Positions 1 to 11,520 of a stretch of DNA of 64,000 nt are shown here, piece by piece. This stretch comes from the human T2T-CHM13v2.0 reference genome, Homo sapiens, in assembly GCF_009914755.1 (NCBI RefSeq), contig NC_060927.1; one strand, given 5' to 3'. The position numbers and the translations under genes were made by a program. Every line of letters starts with the position of its first letter. Within the stretch, counting starts at the first letter, position 1. The notes beneath the pieces are model-generated. The model did not search any database. It was not told where the DNA came from and was given only the letters and a program-made list of their open reading frames with translations.

Positions 1-156
1 GAAGAGGGTGGGCTAGTTTGTTTTTATTATTATTTTAAAATTGTATAATTGGGGTCTTTCTTAGAGTTCAGAAAAGGTATAGCTTACTCTTTTTTAATTG
101 TTTATTTAGTTGTAAGCTTGGTGATTGTTTTCTGATCCACATTGTGTGTGTTCTTC

Positions 157-162
157 AATAAA
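157..162 (+). terminator. Candidate intronic poly(A) signal (possible end of an upstream short TRAK1 isoform)
   Basis: AATAAA preceded by AU-rich UTR-like sequence and followed by U-rich tracts. Confidence 0.4.
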
Positions 163-577
163 ATCTTTCATTTCTGCAATTTTACTTTCTGCCTTACTTT
201 TCTTTTTTCTCCTTTGTCACTCAAAGATCATTGGAATTTATCATCTCTGTCTTGTCTGCTTTCTATATTTGACTCTGTGTTTCATTAGATCATCTAAGAA
301 TATGTTTTTGAATTTATTTTCAAAGCACATGTTTTAGCCAGTTCATCTTTATGTCTTTTAATTTTGTGACTTGGCAGTATTTTTGTGATTAGTTAATAGG
401 ATAATAGGAAATCCTGTTAGATTAGCAAGGTGAATTTCATCTATAGTGCTCTGCTACCCAGGAGGCTAAAACAATACAATTAAAAAGTTATTTGTCTTAT
501 CACAGTGGCCTATAACACAACCTCATGATACAGATTCTTTTGATTCCATTTTGTAGTTCTCTGACTTCTTAGCTGTT

Positions 578-876
578 TATTTATGTATTTAGTTTTTGAA
601 ACAGGGTCTCGCTGTGTCACCCAGGCTGCAGTACAGTAGTGTGATCATAGCTCACTACATGCCTGAATTCCTGGGCTCAAGCAATCCTCCCGCCTCAGCT
701 TCCCAAGTAGCTAGGACTACAGGACTGCACCACCACACCTGGCTAATTTATTTATTTGTAGAGACAGGGTCTTACTATGTTGCCTAGGCCGGTCTTGAAC
801 CATTGCCCTCAAGTTACCCTTCCACCTCAGCCTCCCAAAGTGTTAGGATTACAGGCATGAGTCACCACACCTGGCT
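578..876 (-). mobile_element. AluJ
   Basis: Reverse Alu dimer; TSD GACTTCTTAGCTGTT at 563-577 and 879-893. Confidence 0.92.
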
Positions 877-2444
877 CAGACTTCTTAGCTGTTACAACCA
901 GTATTTTCTTTTTTCCCTCCCCTCCACAGTTATTTTTTGTGTTACCATGTTTAATATGATAAGATGGGATGCTGACACAGAAGTCAGCCTGGGCTAGGTT
1001 CAGTACAGCTCTGACTGTGACATTAGATAAATCACCCCACTTTTTGAGCCCTGTTTCCTATTTAGTTGTGGTTGTGAAATAGGCTGATAGCCATCAGACC
1101 AGACTGTGGTGAGGAGTAAATGTGAAGTATTTTATATTGTACCTGGCATCTAATAGGTGCTTATTAAAATGTTGGCTTCCCAAGCTTGCTCCAATCCAGG
1201 TCTGTAGGGCTGAGTTACTAGTATTGAGATCTGGACCAGCACTAGGGTCATGTTCTTAAATTATCTTTTTCTATTGGCCCACTGAGAAGCTAGTAAGATT
1301 CCCATAATCACCAGCAGCCCAGGTAAATGTACCTGGGGTGAGGTCCCTAGAGACTGTTGGCTGAGATCATAGCAGATAGCCAATCAGTGTTTTCCATCTG
1401 GCTCCGTTACCTGTTGAATTAATCTTGCCATCTGCTTATTGTGAAAGCCAAAAAGCTAAGTGTTTAAGAGTGCTAGCACTTTCTTGTCTCTTCATCTTAC
1501 CTTACCAGTTTTAAGCAGGTGAAGAACAAACAAACCATTCAAACTAGAAAGATATCTGTGTTAAAAAGACCAAGGCGGGCAGTATTTTTTTCCTGTAATT
1601 TGCACTTCCTTTCTGCTTAATCATAACCAAGGTAGCATTTCCAAATAAATAATATGTAAATAAGGGAAAGGATACACTTCAAAGCTGTACATTATCCAGC
1701 AGGTTTCATTCTAGTATCTAAGCCCTGATGCTCCTCTGACATCAGTGGATTTTGGGGTTTCCTCTCCTTTGATGACTTGAAAATGTTTTAGCTGGAACAC
1801 TGGGGTATGGAAGGAAAGCAGAGGGGGAAGGACGCAATGACCATAGTCATGTTTTCCCCACTGTCCGTGCCCTTTTCCCATAGAACTTTATCTTGGGGCC
1901 AACCAGGAACATGAAGTTTCCTCTCTTTCCTTGCCCTGTTTGCCTAATTCCTGCCTGGTTTTAATGTGGGTGGGAGGAGTGAGCAGGTCTTGAGTTGGTA
2001 ATGGGAGGTAGCTCATATTACAGTGTTTGGCAAGTAAAGGAAGCCAGGCTGGGGAATGAGCTGGAGAAATGGAAAGAAAGAGGTAACTTGGGCTCTGAAT
2101 AAGATGCAATTCATATTTATTTTTTAATTCTTATACCTTCTTATGTCAAAGGAAGGACTCCAGGCAGCCAGGGGATTGGTAGAATTCCCACATGATGGTT
2201 TAGGCAGCAGCAGGGAGGTGAAGCATGAGGTGTTCTGCCCAGTTGATGGGTTTGGCAAACCCCGCTGGGACTTTGGAACCAGCCAGAAGTGGAGATAGTC
2301 CATGAGCCCCATAGCATGACATAACTGAAATAGCACAGTCAGGTTTGAGAAAGCACCCACATGAGAATCTAGAAAGCCATTCAGTTGTGTTATTGACTAG
2401 GTTTCGGAGGCTCTCATGTGTAAGGCCTGTCACTGCTGAGAGTT

Positions 2445-2665
2445 AAGAGAATGGACACTGGAGCCAGCCTTGGTTTCAGTCCCAGATCAGTCAAGCCACT
2501 TGCCAGCTCTGTAGCCTCTAGCAAGTTACTTTCCCTTCCCGTACTCAAGTTTCCTCATCTGCAGAATGCAGACAGCAGGGATAACGTGAAGATTAAGTGA
2601 ATTATAAATGTAGACCTCAGAAAAGTGTCTGGCGCTTAGTAAAAGCCCAGTAAAAGTTGGCTGTT
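2445..2665. mobile_element. MIR
   Basis: MIR core: GCAAGTTACTT...CAAGTTTCCTCATCTGCAGAATG. Confidence 0.7.
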
Positions 2666-3464
2666 CTTACATGGGTGTTCTTACATCCCAAGGCATGGGA
2701 TAAAAATCTGAGCATGATGCGTCTTTTCACATAATGTTTTAGTTGTAATTTCACTAAATTTCCTTGGCTGTGGAGTGTCAGAGAATGCAAGTAATTCCAT
2801 GCATTTCTGTGGCATCCTTAACTCCAAACAGCAGACCCTTTGTAGCCTCATTTCTTTCTCTTCAGCCCATCCTTGGGAGCGGGTGAGGAGAGGGAGTGAT
2901 GGGGCAGCCTGTTGAACAGTTGGAGGAGAAAGGCCTATGAGACTCTTGTCAGGGCCCAGACCTCCAGCCTCCCTGGGTTCTTTCCCAGTGAATTGTAAAC
3001 ATCTCAGACCCCCTTCAGAAGGATGAGGAGGTTGGCATTTCCTTACCAGGGTTCTTCACTTCCCAGAGTCTATTGGCATACCCCCCTTTTCCCTTCCAAA
3101 AGTAGAGGTGACGTGGCCATATTGTACATGGGGTTTTCTCATCATCCTTCTCAGACTCCAGTGTACAGTCCCAAACTGAACATGGCAGTACAGTGGCTAC
3201 TTTAAGACTTCTCGTGGTGCTATTTTGTTATCAGGAATGTGCCTGCACAGCCAGTGAGCATTTGTACTGGGGCCCATTAGGTAGTGTGAATGGGAGTCCG
3301 CAGGGACAGCAGAGAACTCCTATCAGCAGGAATATCTCCTGGCAGGCCCTGGACACCCATCTGGAAATTCTGCTGCTGACCATTTGTGCAGCTGGGACAC
3401 TGATGTCCTTCTTGTTCTCAGACCTGTGGGTTTTGATGGGTGGGCAGTGAACCCATCAAATGGG

Positions 3465-3660
3465 TTAGTTCTGAACCCCGGCTATGCCACCACTAATTAA
3501 GTGGCTTTGGAAAGTTATCTAACTTCAGGCAGCCACCATTCCCCTATCTGTAAAGTATATAATCATACTCAGTTCCTAGGATGGTTTCAAGGAGTGAGCT
3601 GATATAATACATGTAAAACAAACTGCGATGCAGGCCTGCCTCAATATAGGGAAGCTTAAT
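3465..3660. mobile_element. MIR
   Basis: MIR core: AAGTTATCTAAC...CCCTATCTGTAAAG. Confidence 0.55.
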
Positions 3661-3845
3661 TTAAAAAATCACAGTGATGCTGTGGCATCTGGGACTCGGG
3701 AGCCCACGAACTGGTCTCTGCAGGTCTGCGAAGCCCCGGCGTTGTTTGCACAGTGTTGCTAGCATGCACACTTCCTTTAGGAAGTGGGTCCACAGCTTCC
3801 TTCAGATTCTCGAAACATCTGAGAGTTAAGAACCACAGCTCTAGA

Positions 3846-4086
3846 GAAAGGCTTCTCAATCCCAGCCCTGCTGACATTTGGGACCAGTTTGTTCTTTGTT
3901 GTGGGGGCTGTCCTGTACATTGTGGGATGTTTGGCAGCATCTCTGGCTTTTACCCCCTAGATGCCATTAGCACCAGATGCCGTTCGTCCACAGCTGTGAC
4001 AACCAAACGTGTCTCCAGACATTACCAAATGTCCCTGGGGGAGTGGGGTACGGGGCGCAAAATTGTCCCTAGTTGAGAACACCGCT
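3846..4086 (-). mobile_element. MER20 (hAT-Charlie)
   Basis: Reverse complement matches MER20 (GTTCTCAAC...GGGGACATTTGGTAATGTCTGGAGAC...TTGAGAA); CTCTAGA-type target duplication. Confidence 0.85.
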
Positions 4087-5761
4087 CTAGATGCATCTTA
4101 GCACCTAGTGAGAGAACGGATATGTGATACCCTCTTTCGTTATAGTCATTCTTATTTCTTTTTTTCTTGAATTTAGAATATTTTCTATTTATATTTAATA
4201 GATCCAAATTAAGTATGTTGCTATTGTACCCGTGAACCCTTAAAACTGGGATAAGCCTTGATGTGGGTGTCTGGGAACTCTTTAAACATGTATTGGCAGT
4301 GTGCACCTTTTTTTTCCTTTTGAGTGGATTTGAAATTGTTCATTTATAAATCCCTTTCAAGCCTCCCTGGCTGAGATCGACACATGAGAAGTTATTTCCA
4401 AGGGGTGTTTGGAAATGGCAGACTCTGCGCACACCATGCGGCCTCTCCCTCACCCCACCGCCTCCCACCTCGGCCTGCCTGTGTTCCCTTCTCTTTTGTC
4501 TTGACTTCCTGAGCTGCCGACTCCTGGCATCTTTGACTCCCTTTTCTTCGCTCCCCAGGGCAACCTGGTATCCTGGAGGGCTTCTTGCCTACCCAGAAAG
4601 TATACCCTTGGTAAACCAGTGGTGACTGCCCGAGCATCCATTTGTGCAGGAAGCCTCCTGCCTTTCGGTGCCCGAGAACCTCTTCAGAAGTCTCTCCTTT
4701 GAGCATGGAATATTTATTTGTGTGGCCATGCATATTTGGGTGCCTTCTTAATCTGTAGAATGGGGCTAGCCCTGCCAGCCTCACGGGCCATGCACTAGCA
4801 TGGTGTCATGTGAGGTGTTAATAAGTGTTCCAAGGGTAAAATGGGTTGCTCTGTCAAGTAAGTTGGCAAGAACACCGTAGCATACTAAAGGTTCTGTGAT
4901 GCCCCTCAGTAAAAACACTTAACTCAAGTTTCCTGAGCATGCTTGGCCTAGGAACACTTCTCTTTGTAGAACACTTGTGACACCTTGAGGTCTTCAGGGA
5001 CACACTCCAGTGTTATTACAGACCTTGCATGATGTCATGTGAGTCCTGGGGTTTGGTGTCATCGAGAAGATGGGCTCCCCTGCTTTAGACCTCTGTGTGG
5101 ACTTACTATGTTCTTAAATCACACCTCTTTAACCCAATTCCTTCTCCCTAACCCGGCAGCCTCTCAAAGTTGCTGGCAAAATACAGAAAACCTAAGTAAA
5201 GGAGGTGATGGCCACATCTGCCACACATCTCTGTGTACTGCTTTCATTTCTTTTTGCTTTTCTCTTGCTGTTGGTCGTGGGCTTGGTTTGACATGATCTT
5301 ATTCTGCCTGAGCTTATGTCTTCCGTGTTCCCAGGAGTGTGTATTTGGCATAGAATACGTACATGTGGCCCCGCTTTTGTGCTTATCTTGCCATTTTCCC
5401 CCTTCCATTTTGTAAAATGAGAAGATGTTGAGTTCTGGGGTTGACATCAGTTGATTAAAATAAAGACCTTGCCCCAAACCTCTTTTGCACATACTATGGT
5501 GTGGATTTTACTTTAAAAAAAAAATGGTTGATTTCTTAACTTGCTATTCCTTCTGAGCATGGTAGGGTTTGGCTTCTGTTTCATGGCAGGAAGGGCTAAG
5601 GCGGCTCCACTGAAGTTCCCGCTGCAGTCCACCTGGAGGCCCAGACCCTGCTGGGGTTCACGCTAAGCACTTTGAGGGTGGTAAACAGCCATTGTCTTGG
5701 ACTTCCATCCTAACCCTCTCTTCTCCTTGTCCCCCTTCTTCCCTTCCCTTTCTCCTGCAAG

Positions 5762-5980
5762 GTTCCGCCACACTTCACCACTGGCAGCAGTTGGCCCAAC
5801 CTCACCTTGGGGGCATCCTGGACCCCCGGCCCGGTGTGGTCACCAAGGGCTTCCGGACGCTGGATGTTGACCTGGACGAAGTGTACTGCCTTAACGACTT
5901 TGAAGAAGATGACACAGGTGACCACATTTCTCTCCCACGCCTAGCTACCTCCACTCCAGTTCAGCACCCAGAGACCTCAG
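5762..5980 (+). CDS. TRAK1: TRAK1 (trafficking kinesin protein 1, Milton/HAP1 family) internal coding exon
   Basis: Polypyrimidine tract ending ctgcaag|GTTCC; donor TCAG|gtgaga; 219 nt, phase 1-1; encodes (G)SATLHHWQQLAQPHLGGILDPRPGVVTKGF...QHPETS, the conserved TRAK1/TRAK2 motif. Confidence 0.95.
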
Positions 5981-6252
5981 GTGAGAGGTCCCAAGCACGT
6001 GTGACTGTCTCAGGCAGCAGAAGTTACCCGAGCCGGCCTCAGGCTTCCCCAGAGGAGATGCAGGAGCCGCCAGCGGCCACGGAGGAGGAGGAGGAGGAGG
6101 AGGAGGAGGAGGGGTCTGGTGAGGGCACCACGATAAGTCCTGTAAACTTGGCACCTTTCCCGGAGGCAGAGTTTTGGGCCATTCTCACCTCTGTTCCAGG
6201 CACCATCCGTAGTGGTTCTCTGTCTGTAGCTTCCGCTCGTCTGTGTGGGTGA
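5981..6252 (+). CDS. TRAK1: TRAK1 short-isoform read-through terminal coding segment with poly-Glu, ending ...SVASARLCG*
   Basis: ORF 5692..6252 stays open through the 5980 donor; contains (GAG)10; followed by AU-rich UTR-like sequence and poly(A) signals. Confidence 0.8.
6082..6111 (+). repeat. (GAG)10 coding trinucleotide repeat (poly-Glu)
   Basis: Direct count; ORF shows ten consecutive E. Confidence 0.95.
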
Positions 6253-8615
6253 TGATTAAAGCATTCTCATTGCACAGTTCTGTTTTTAAATACAGAGTCT
6301 GATGCCTCCTATTTGTAACAATGGGTGTAGCTCCCCTGCCCATCTTGGAGGTGCATGGCCCATCAGGGATCTTTAAAGTGGGAGCAGGAAAGGCTGCTAA
6401 AAAAAAAAAAAAAAAAAAAAGTGGGCTTTTGGGTCCCTGAAAACATCAGTGCCCTTCTTCCTGGTCTGGGTGTCTCCCTGAGTCTAAGGGGAAGATTCTC
6501 AAGTCCCCTGGTGATTTCCAAGTGGAGCTGAGCAGTTTTAGGGAAATTGAGTGCTGGGTCATTCAGAAGGTAAATGAGATCATCTGTTACCTGTACGCTG
6601 TATTAAAATAGAACCAGGAAAGGCTCAGGATTTCAGACATTTCATCAGCCTTTTCACTTTCCCAGCTTCAATGGAGGTATATATGTCATTTTCTTTTCAG
6701 CTTACACATGTGTTCAAAGTGGATTTTTAAAAAGTGTTTTAGCAATACTCCTTAACCAAATAAACCTTCGGAGAACGTCACTAAGCTTTTCCAGAGAGAA
6801 GACCCTAGATGAAGTTGGAAAAGAGCTCTGGCTGACTCCACCCACTGTCCCCAAGCATTAAAGGTGTGGCCATGAGTTTACAGAATTACCCACATTCCAG
6901 TTGCCACTGGGATGAAAAGCTTTGTGCTCAGAGCTCTGGGAATCATGGGATCACATGGTTACTGTTTACCCCAACAGCATGCTCTGTCTAGACTGGACCT
7001 CCCAGCCCCTTGTGTTGGGAAGGCAAAGCTTTTGTGGAGTCAGGGGGGAGACTGAGAAAAAATGAATTAACCCTGTGTTGTCATCCTCATGACATTCCTG
7101 AGGATTCACCAGGTTAGAAGTGAGGACGTTTATCTTTGTGATTCATAATTTTCATTTGTGAAGGCCACAACACTCCCCTTGAAATACAGGGCAGGAAAGA
7201 GCTGAGGTTCTTGGTGGTGTCTCCCATTCCCCTGGCTAATTTCAGACAGCTGTGGTCAAGGGATTTTACTTGGGATCAACTTTTCCTTTTTTCCTTGACA
7301 TTAATTTTAGAGAAGTCATCAAGTCATGTGATTTGTTTAGCACATAGGTTTATTTATGGTTTGATTTTTTTTAGGCAGTTATATTACTAGATTAAGCTTG
7401 TGAGGGAATGAAAATGTTTTTTATTTGTTATCTACACACTCGAAAAAGAGAAACCAGCTGCGGTACTGTCCCATTTTTGTCATCAGCACCAGTGTCCGTC
7501 AGGAAGGCAGGTGGTGGTGCAGAAACATGATGCCTGGCTGATTTTCGTGGCTAAAGGGGTAGGCCTTATGTTGATTGGGATGCTCCCCTACAGCCTTACA
7601 GGTAGAATAGAAGGTGAGTTCTGGAAGTGCAAAGAAGCACCATTAAGTGCATCTTCTAGAAGTTGTACAGAAGGACTAAAGCTTATCAAGTCAACAAAGA
7701 ACTTACCTTGGAGGATAGAGAGAGAGAAGGGACCAATTATGAGGACTGACATCCTGGCCACTCTCCTTAAAATAAACACTGACATTTTTCTTGCTTGTTC
7801 TCTCTGTACTCAAACCTGTGGCAAATTCATCCTAGCAACGTTATTTGACGAGGGGCATGAACATTTATAGTTGAAACTGTAGAAAGGGTCAGGTTGGAGG
7901 TGTGTAATAAAAAAGAATTACCTAGGTTGCCAAAGGTAATTTAGGAAGGGTCTGATCATTTAGATGAGAGTTCTTTGGGGCTTATTTTCTGGGTAAGGCT
8001 CATCTTTAAAAACTGGCTTCAGAGGGGAGAGGGGAGAACAATGAATTGGCTCTATTTTCTCTATTGGGAATTACAGGACCATTTTGATTCTTAGAATGTA
8101 AAAAGCATATCGCTAAGTAAATCATCCTGGAGGTCCCAAGTAGCTCTATGCCTGCAATCATGGAGACACAGGCAGACAGATAAGCTTCATGGGGAAGGCA
8201 TGGGGCATCCTCTGTCTTGGGATTTGTATCCATGGTGGTCTGGTCCCTGCCTTTTAATCCGTCCTCTACGCTTGGGCTTTTCTGTTACCAAACAGCACTA
8301 TCCCAGGAACTATTGTCTGCCTGGGAACACTCAGTAGGGAGACACTTTGGAGACAGGAGGTGATGAACCTTTTTATGTGCAGCTGGTATGATAGAAGGAA
8401 ATTGGGAAAACTTGTATGCTAGGCACTTTTGTCCAGAGCCTGCTGTCCCATGGAGAAAAAGTTTTAAGCACTGAAAAAATTTGATTAATGTATTTAAATG
8501 TATTATTTGAAGCATCATTCACTTGTTGATTTTTACAATCCCATGTCTTAAAAAGGATGAATCCATGTTATTGTATTGTAAATAATTTAGATGATTAAAA
8601 TGGATTGTTTAAAAA
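6253..8615 (+). other. TRAK1: 3'UTR of the short TRAK1 isoform (end approximate)
   Basis: ATTAAA at 6255 and 8594, AATAAA at 7771 and 7906; TGTAAATA at 8577 and U-rich downstream sequence support an end near 8615. Confidence 0.55.
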
Positions 8616-9050
8616 GTTTTAGATTATAGTTTTACTTTATTTCAGTGATATGTTTTATGTTTTAATTTATATAGAAAGTATACTTTATCAGAACTAGTTA
8701 TCATCTTTTTCTGTCAGTACTCTGTATTTTAGGCATTTGTGTGGGGAAGAGCCTGCATGTGGCAAAGGATTAAGAGTTAAAGTCACACAGTTAAATTGGT
8801 AGTTGGCTAGTGGATGGGCAGTTCAGTTGAATTATCTTGAATGCTTTGATCCTTAAAGGTGAGAAAGAAGTAGGATTCAAGCCACATGGATAGAGAAAAT
8901 TGACAGTCAGTTTATTTTAATGCTTTTACTCATCAAGACTGGTTCATATTGAGGGGAGATATCCTCAAAAACTTACACGAATCATGGCATCTTGACATCT
9001 TACCTGGCAGTGGCCCTGCAGTAGAACCATGTCCTAATTGGAGCTGAGAT

Positions 9051-9351
9051 TTTTTTTTTTTTTTTTTTTTTGAGACGGAGTCTTGCTCTGTTGCCTAGGC
9101 TGGAGGGCAGTGGTGCAATCTCGGCTCACTGCAACTTCCACCTCCCGGTTCAAGTGCTTTTCCTGCCTCAGCCTCCCAAGTAGCTGGGACTATAGGCACA
9201 CGTCACCATTCCAGCTAATTTTTTGTATTTTTGTAGAGACAGGCTTTCACCCTGTTAACCAGGCTGGTCTCGAATTCCTGGCTTCAAGTGATCTGACCGC
9301 CTCGACCTCCCAAAGTGCTGGGATTCCTGGTGTGAGCCACCACATCTGGCC
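9051..9351 (-). mobile_element. AluS
   Basis: Poly-T plus reverse Alu; TSD GAGCTGAGAT. Confidence 0.93.
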
Positions 9352-11496
9352 TAGAGCTGAGATCTTAAAGTCAGAATGGAAGACAAAAAACACACTTGGC
9401 TAAAATTGCCCTTAAAAAATTCCCTAAATCTCCAGCAACTGGGCCACCAAGGCGAAAGCCAGGAATCAGCTTCTTTCGTTGCCTCCTTGTTTGATACATA
9501 GGCCCAAGGTCAGGAGCAGTGACTGAGTGAGGAAAGGGCAGAGAAGGGCTTGTGGTGAGAAGGAGCCAGGCGGAGTCAGGCCAGCTGGGTGTTCCTGCAG
9601 CTTTGCCCGGGCGGGGCAGCTAGAGCAAAGCTCAGCCAGCTTGTATCCTGTCCCCTCTTCAGTACACCACAGACCACAGAACTGGGGTTCAGACAGGCTT
9701 GTGAGAAGTTGGTTTGGGGGCTTGATGGGTCTGGAAGGAAAAGTCTGGTATGCTCGATTCACAGACCCTTGGGTGCAGGCAAGTTCCTTCCCATTGTCTA
9801 CACTGAGAGAGTTGATGTGAGTTCCCATGCTGTTGGGAACACTTCGATTCAGCCTGGTTTTATGGCAGTTATGAGGGAGTTTTGTTGTTATGGACAGAGT
9901 GGATAGTTGGCTCACACCCACCTGTATTAGGAGATGCTAAGGAAAGCCCTGTGCTCTGCCGTCAGAATATATATTAAGCCAGAGTAAAACAGGCCAACTG
10001 CCACCTGCAAGTGGAAAAATGAATGAAGAATGAAAGAATTGACTCCTTCAAAACAAACAGCATAGAGTCAACCCTGCTTAAAATATCCAGAACAAAGCCC
10101 ACTTGTTGAGCATTTTCTCTCTGGTATCCTCACCTCTGAACACTACAGAGGGCCCCCTGGTGCTCCTAGAGGCACGTGGGTTGCTGAGGAGGTGTCTGAA
10201 CCTGACACCCTTCTAATGTGGAGGGCCCTTGAGGGAGCACCCTGTGTTGAGAGGAGGAGCTGTGCAACCACACTGCCTAGTGAAGCACAGGTGAAGTGCT
10301 CTCTTGTGCTGGCCTTGAACGCACTAGTGGGGAAAGGTCTTGATGCAGCTCAGCCAGGCCAGCTCCCTTCACCTGTTGGTGTCTGCCACAGAAGGAAGGA
10401 CAAGAGGACAGAGGGTATAGGGACCAGCTTTGTTGGTGTCTGAAGACTACAAAGGGATTTCTGCATTTGCCCTTTGGACGTTTTAATAGCATTCTAAAAA
10501 TCCCCCTCTCTCTAGAAGATACCCCAGGGGCACTTGAGAGAATTTCTGACCCTCTCTGCACAATGCTGTGAAATTGTTTATCTCTTAAATCACATACTTT
10601 TCAGATGAAACAGGGTAGGCAACTTGGTGTAGTGGGAAGAAGAGTCGACTTTTAATTTTGCAGAAACCAAAAATAAGTTGTGCAGAAACCAGAAAAAGAT
10701 CTTGTGATGTGTGGTTCGAAATCTCTGTGATAGAAACCTCCCAGGTTCCTGCTGGCCAGATGTCTGATCACCGAGGAGCTCAGGGACCTCTACGGAGCTG
10801 CAGGGGCAGTCGAGAGCTCTGTTGAAGAAATGCTTAAGCAGAGAAAAAAATAAATACCAAGCCTCTGTGAAGCCCAGAACTAAGGCCTTTAAAAGTGTTA
10901 TCTTGTACAACATATTACAGTTTAAAATCACTTTTGTATTTTTTAAAACAAGAAAGTTGCACTGTTGCATCTGAAACTGCTCTTGATTCCCCGACTCCTC
11001 ACCTCCAGAGAAAACACTTGTTAAAGCCACATGAATCCCTAACATAGTACTTGTATTAATGATGACTCGTAGGGCAAACTATTTATGCAGCTTTTCCCAC
11101 GTGAACTCATCATAGAACTTTTTTTCCCCCTGAAAATATCATGGGCAGAGTTACATAATGAAGAGACAGGAAAGTCTTTAGAGCATCTTCCATGCCCTGA
11201 TATTTTAGTCTTTTAGGAAGAGATAAAGCATTGCTTCTTCCCTATCTGTTTAATGGAAAGGGAACTGTTTCTCATGCAGCTGACAGGCAAAGACACATCT
11301 TCCTCTCCCCTTTCCACCCCTCAAGCAAAAGGCAACAAAGTCATTAGAAGCTGGGCATTAAACAACTAAAATATACTGATATTCCTAGGGGATAGTCCAA
11401 GACACACCCTTAAGCTGGATGGACAATGGCTTTTATTTTCAATAGATTTGTTTTTACTTGGATTGAACAGGCTGGCCTGTGGGTGCCACTGTTGGG

Positions 11497-11520
11497 GTGT
11501 GTGTGTGTGTGTGTGTGTGT
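11497..11520. repeat. (GT)n microsatellite
   Basis: Direct reading. Confidence 0.9.

Noticed and set aside
6399-6420. A-run of about 22 nt as a transcript end or retro-insertion
   Set aside because: Genomic A-tract without TSD or element body; a likely internal-priming artefact in 3'-seq
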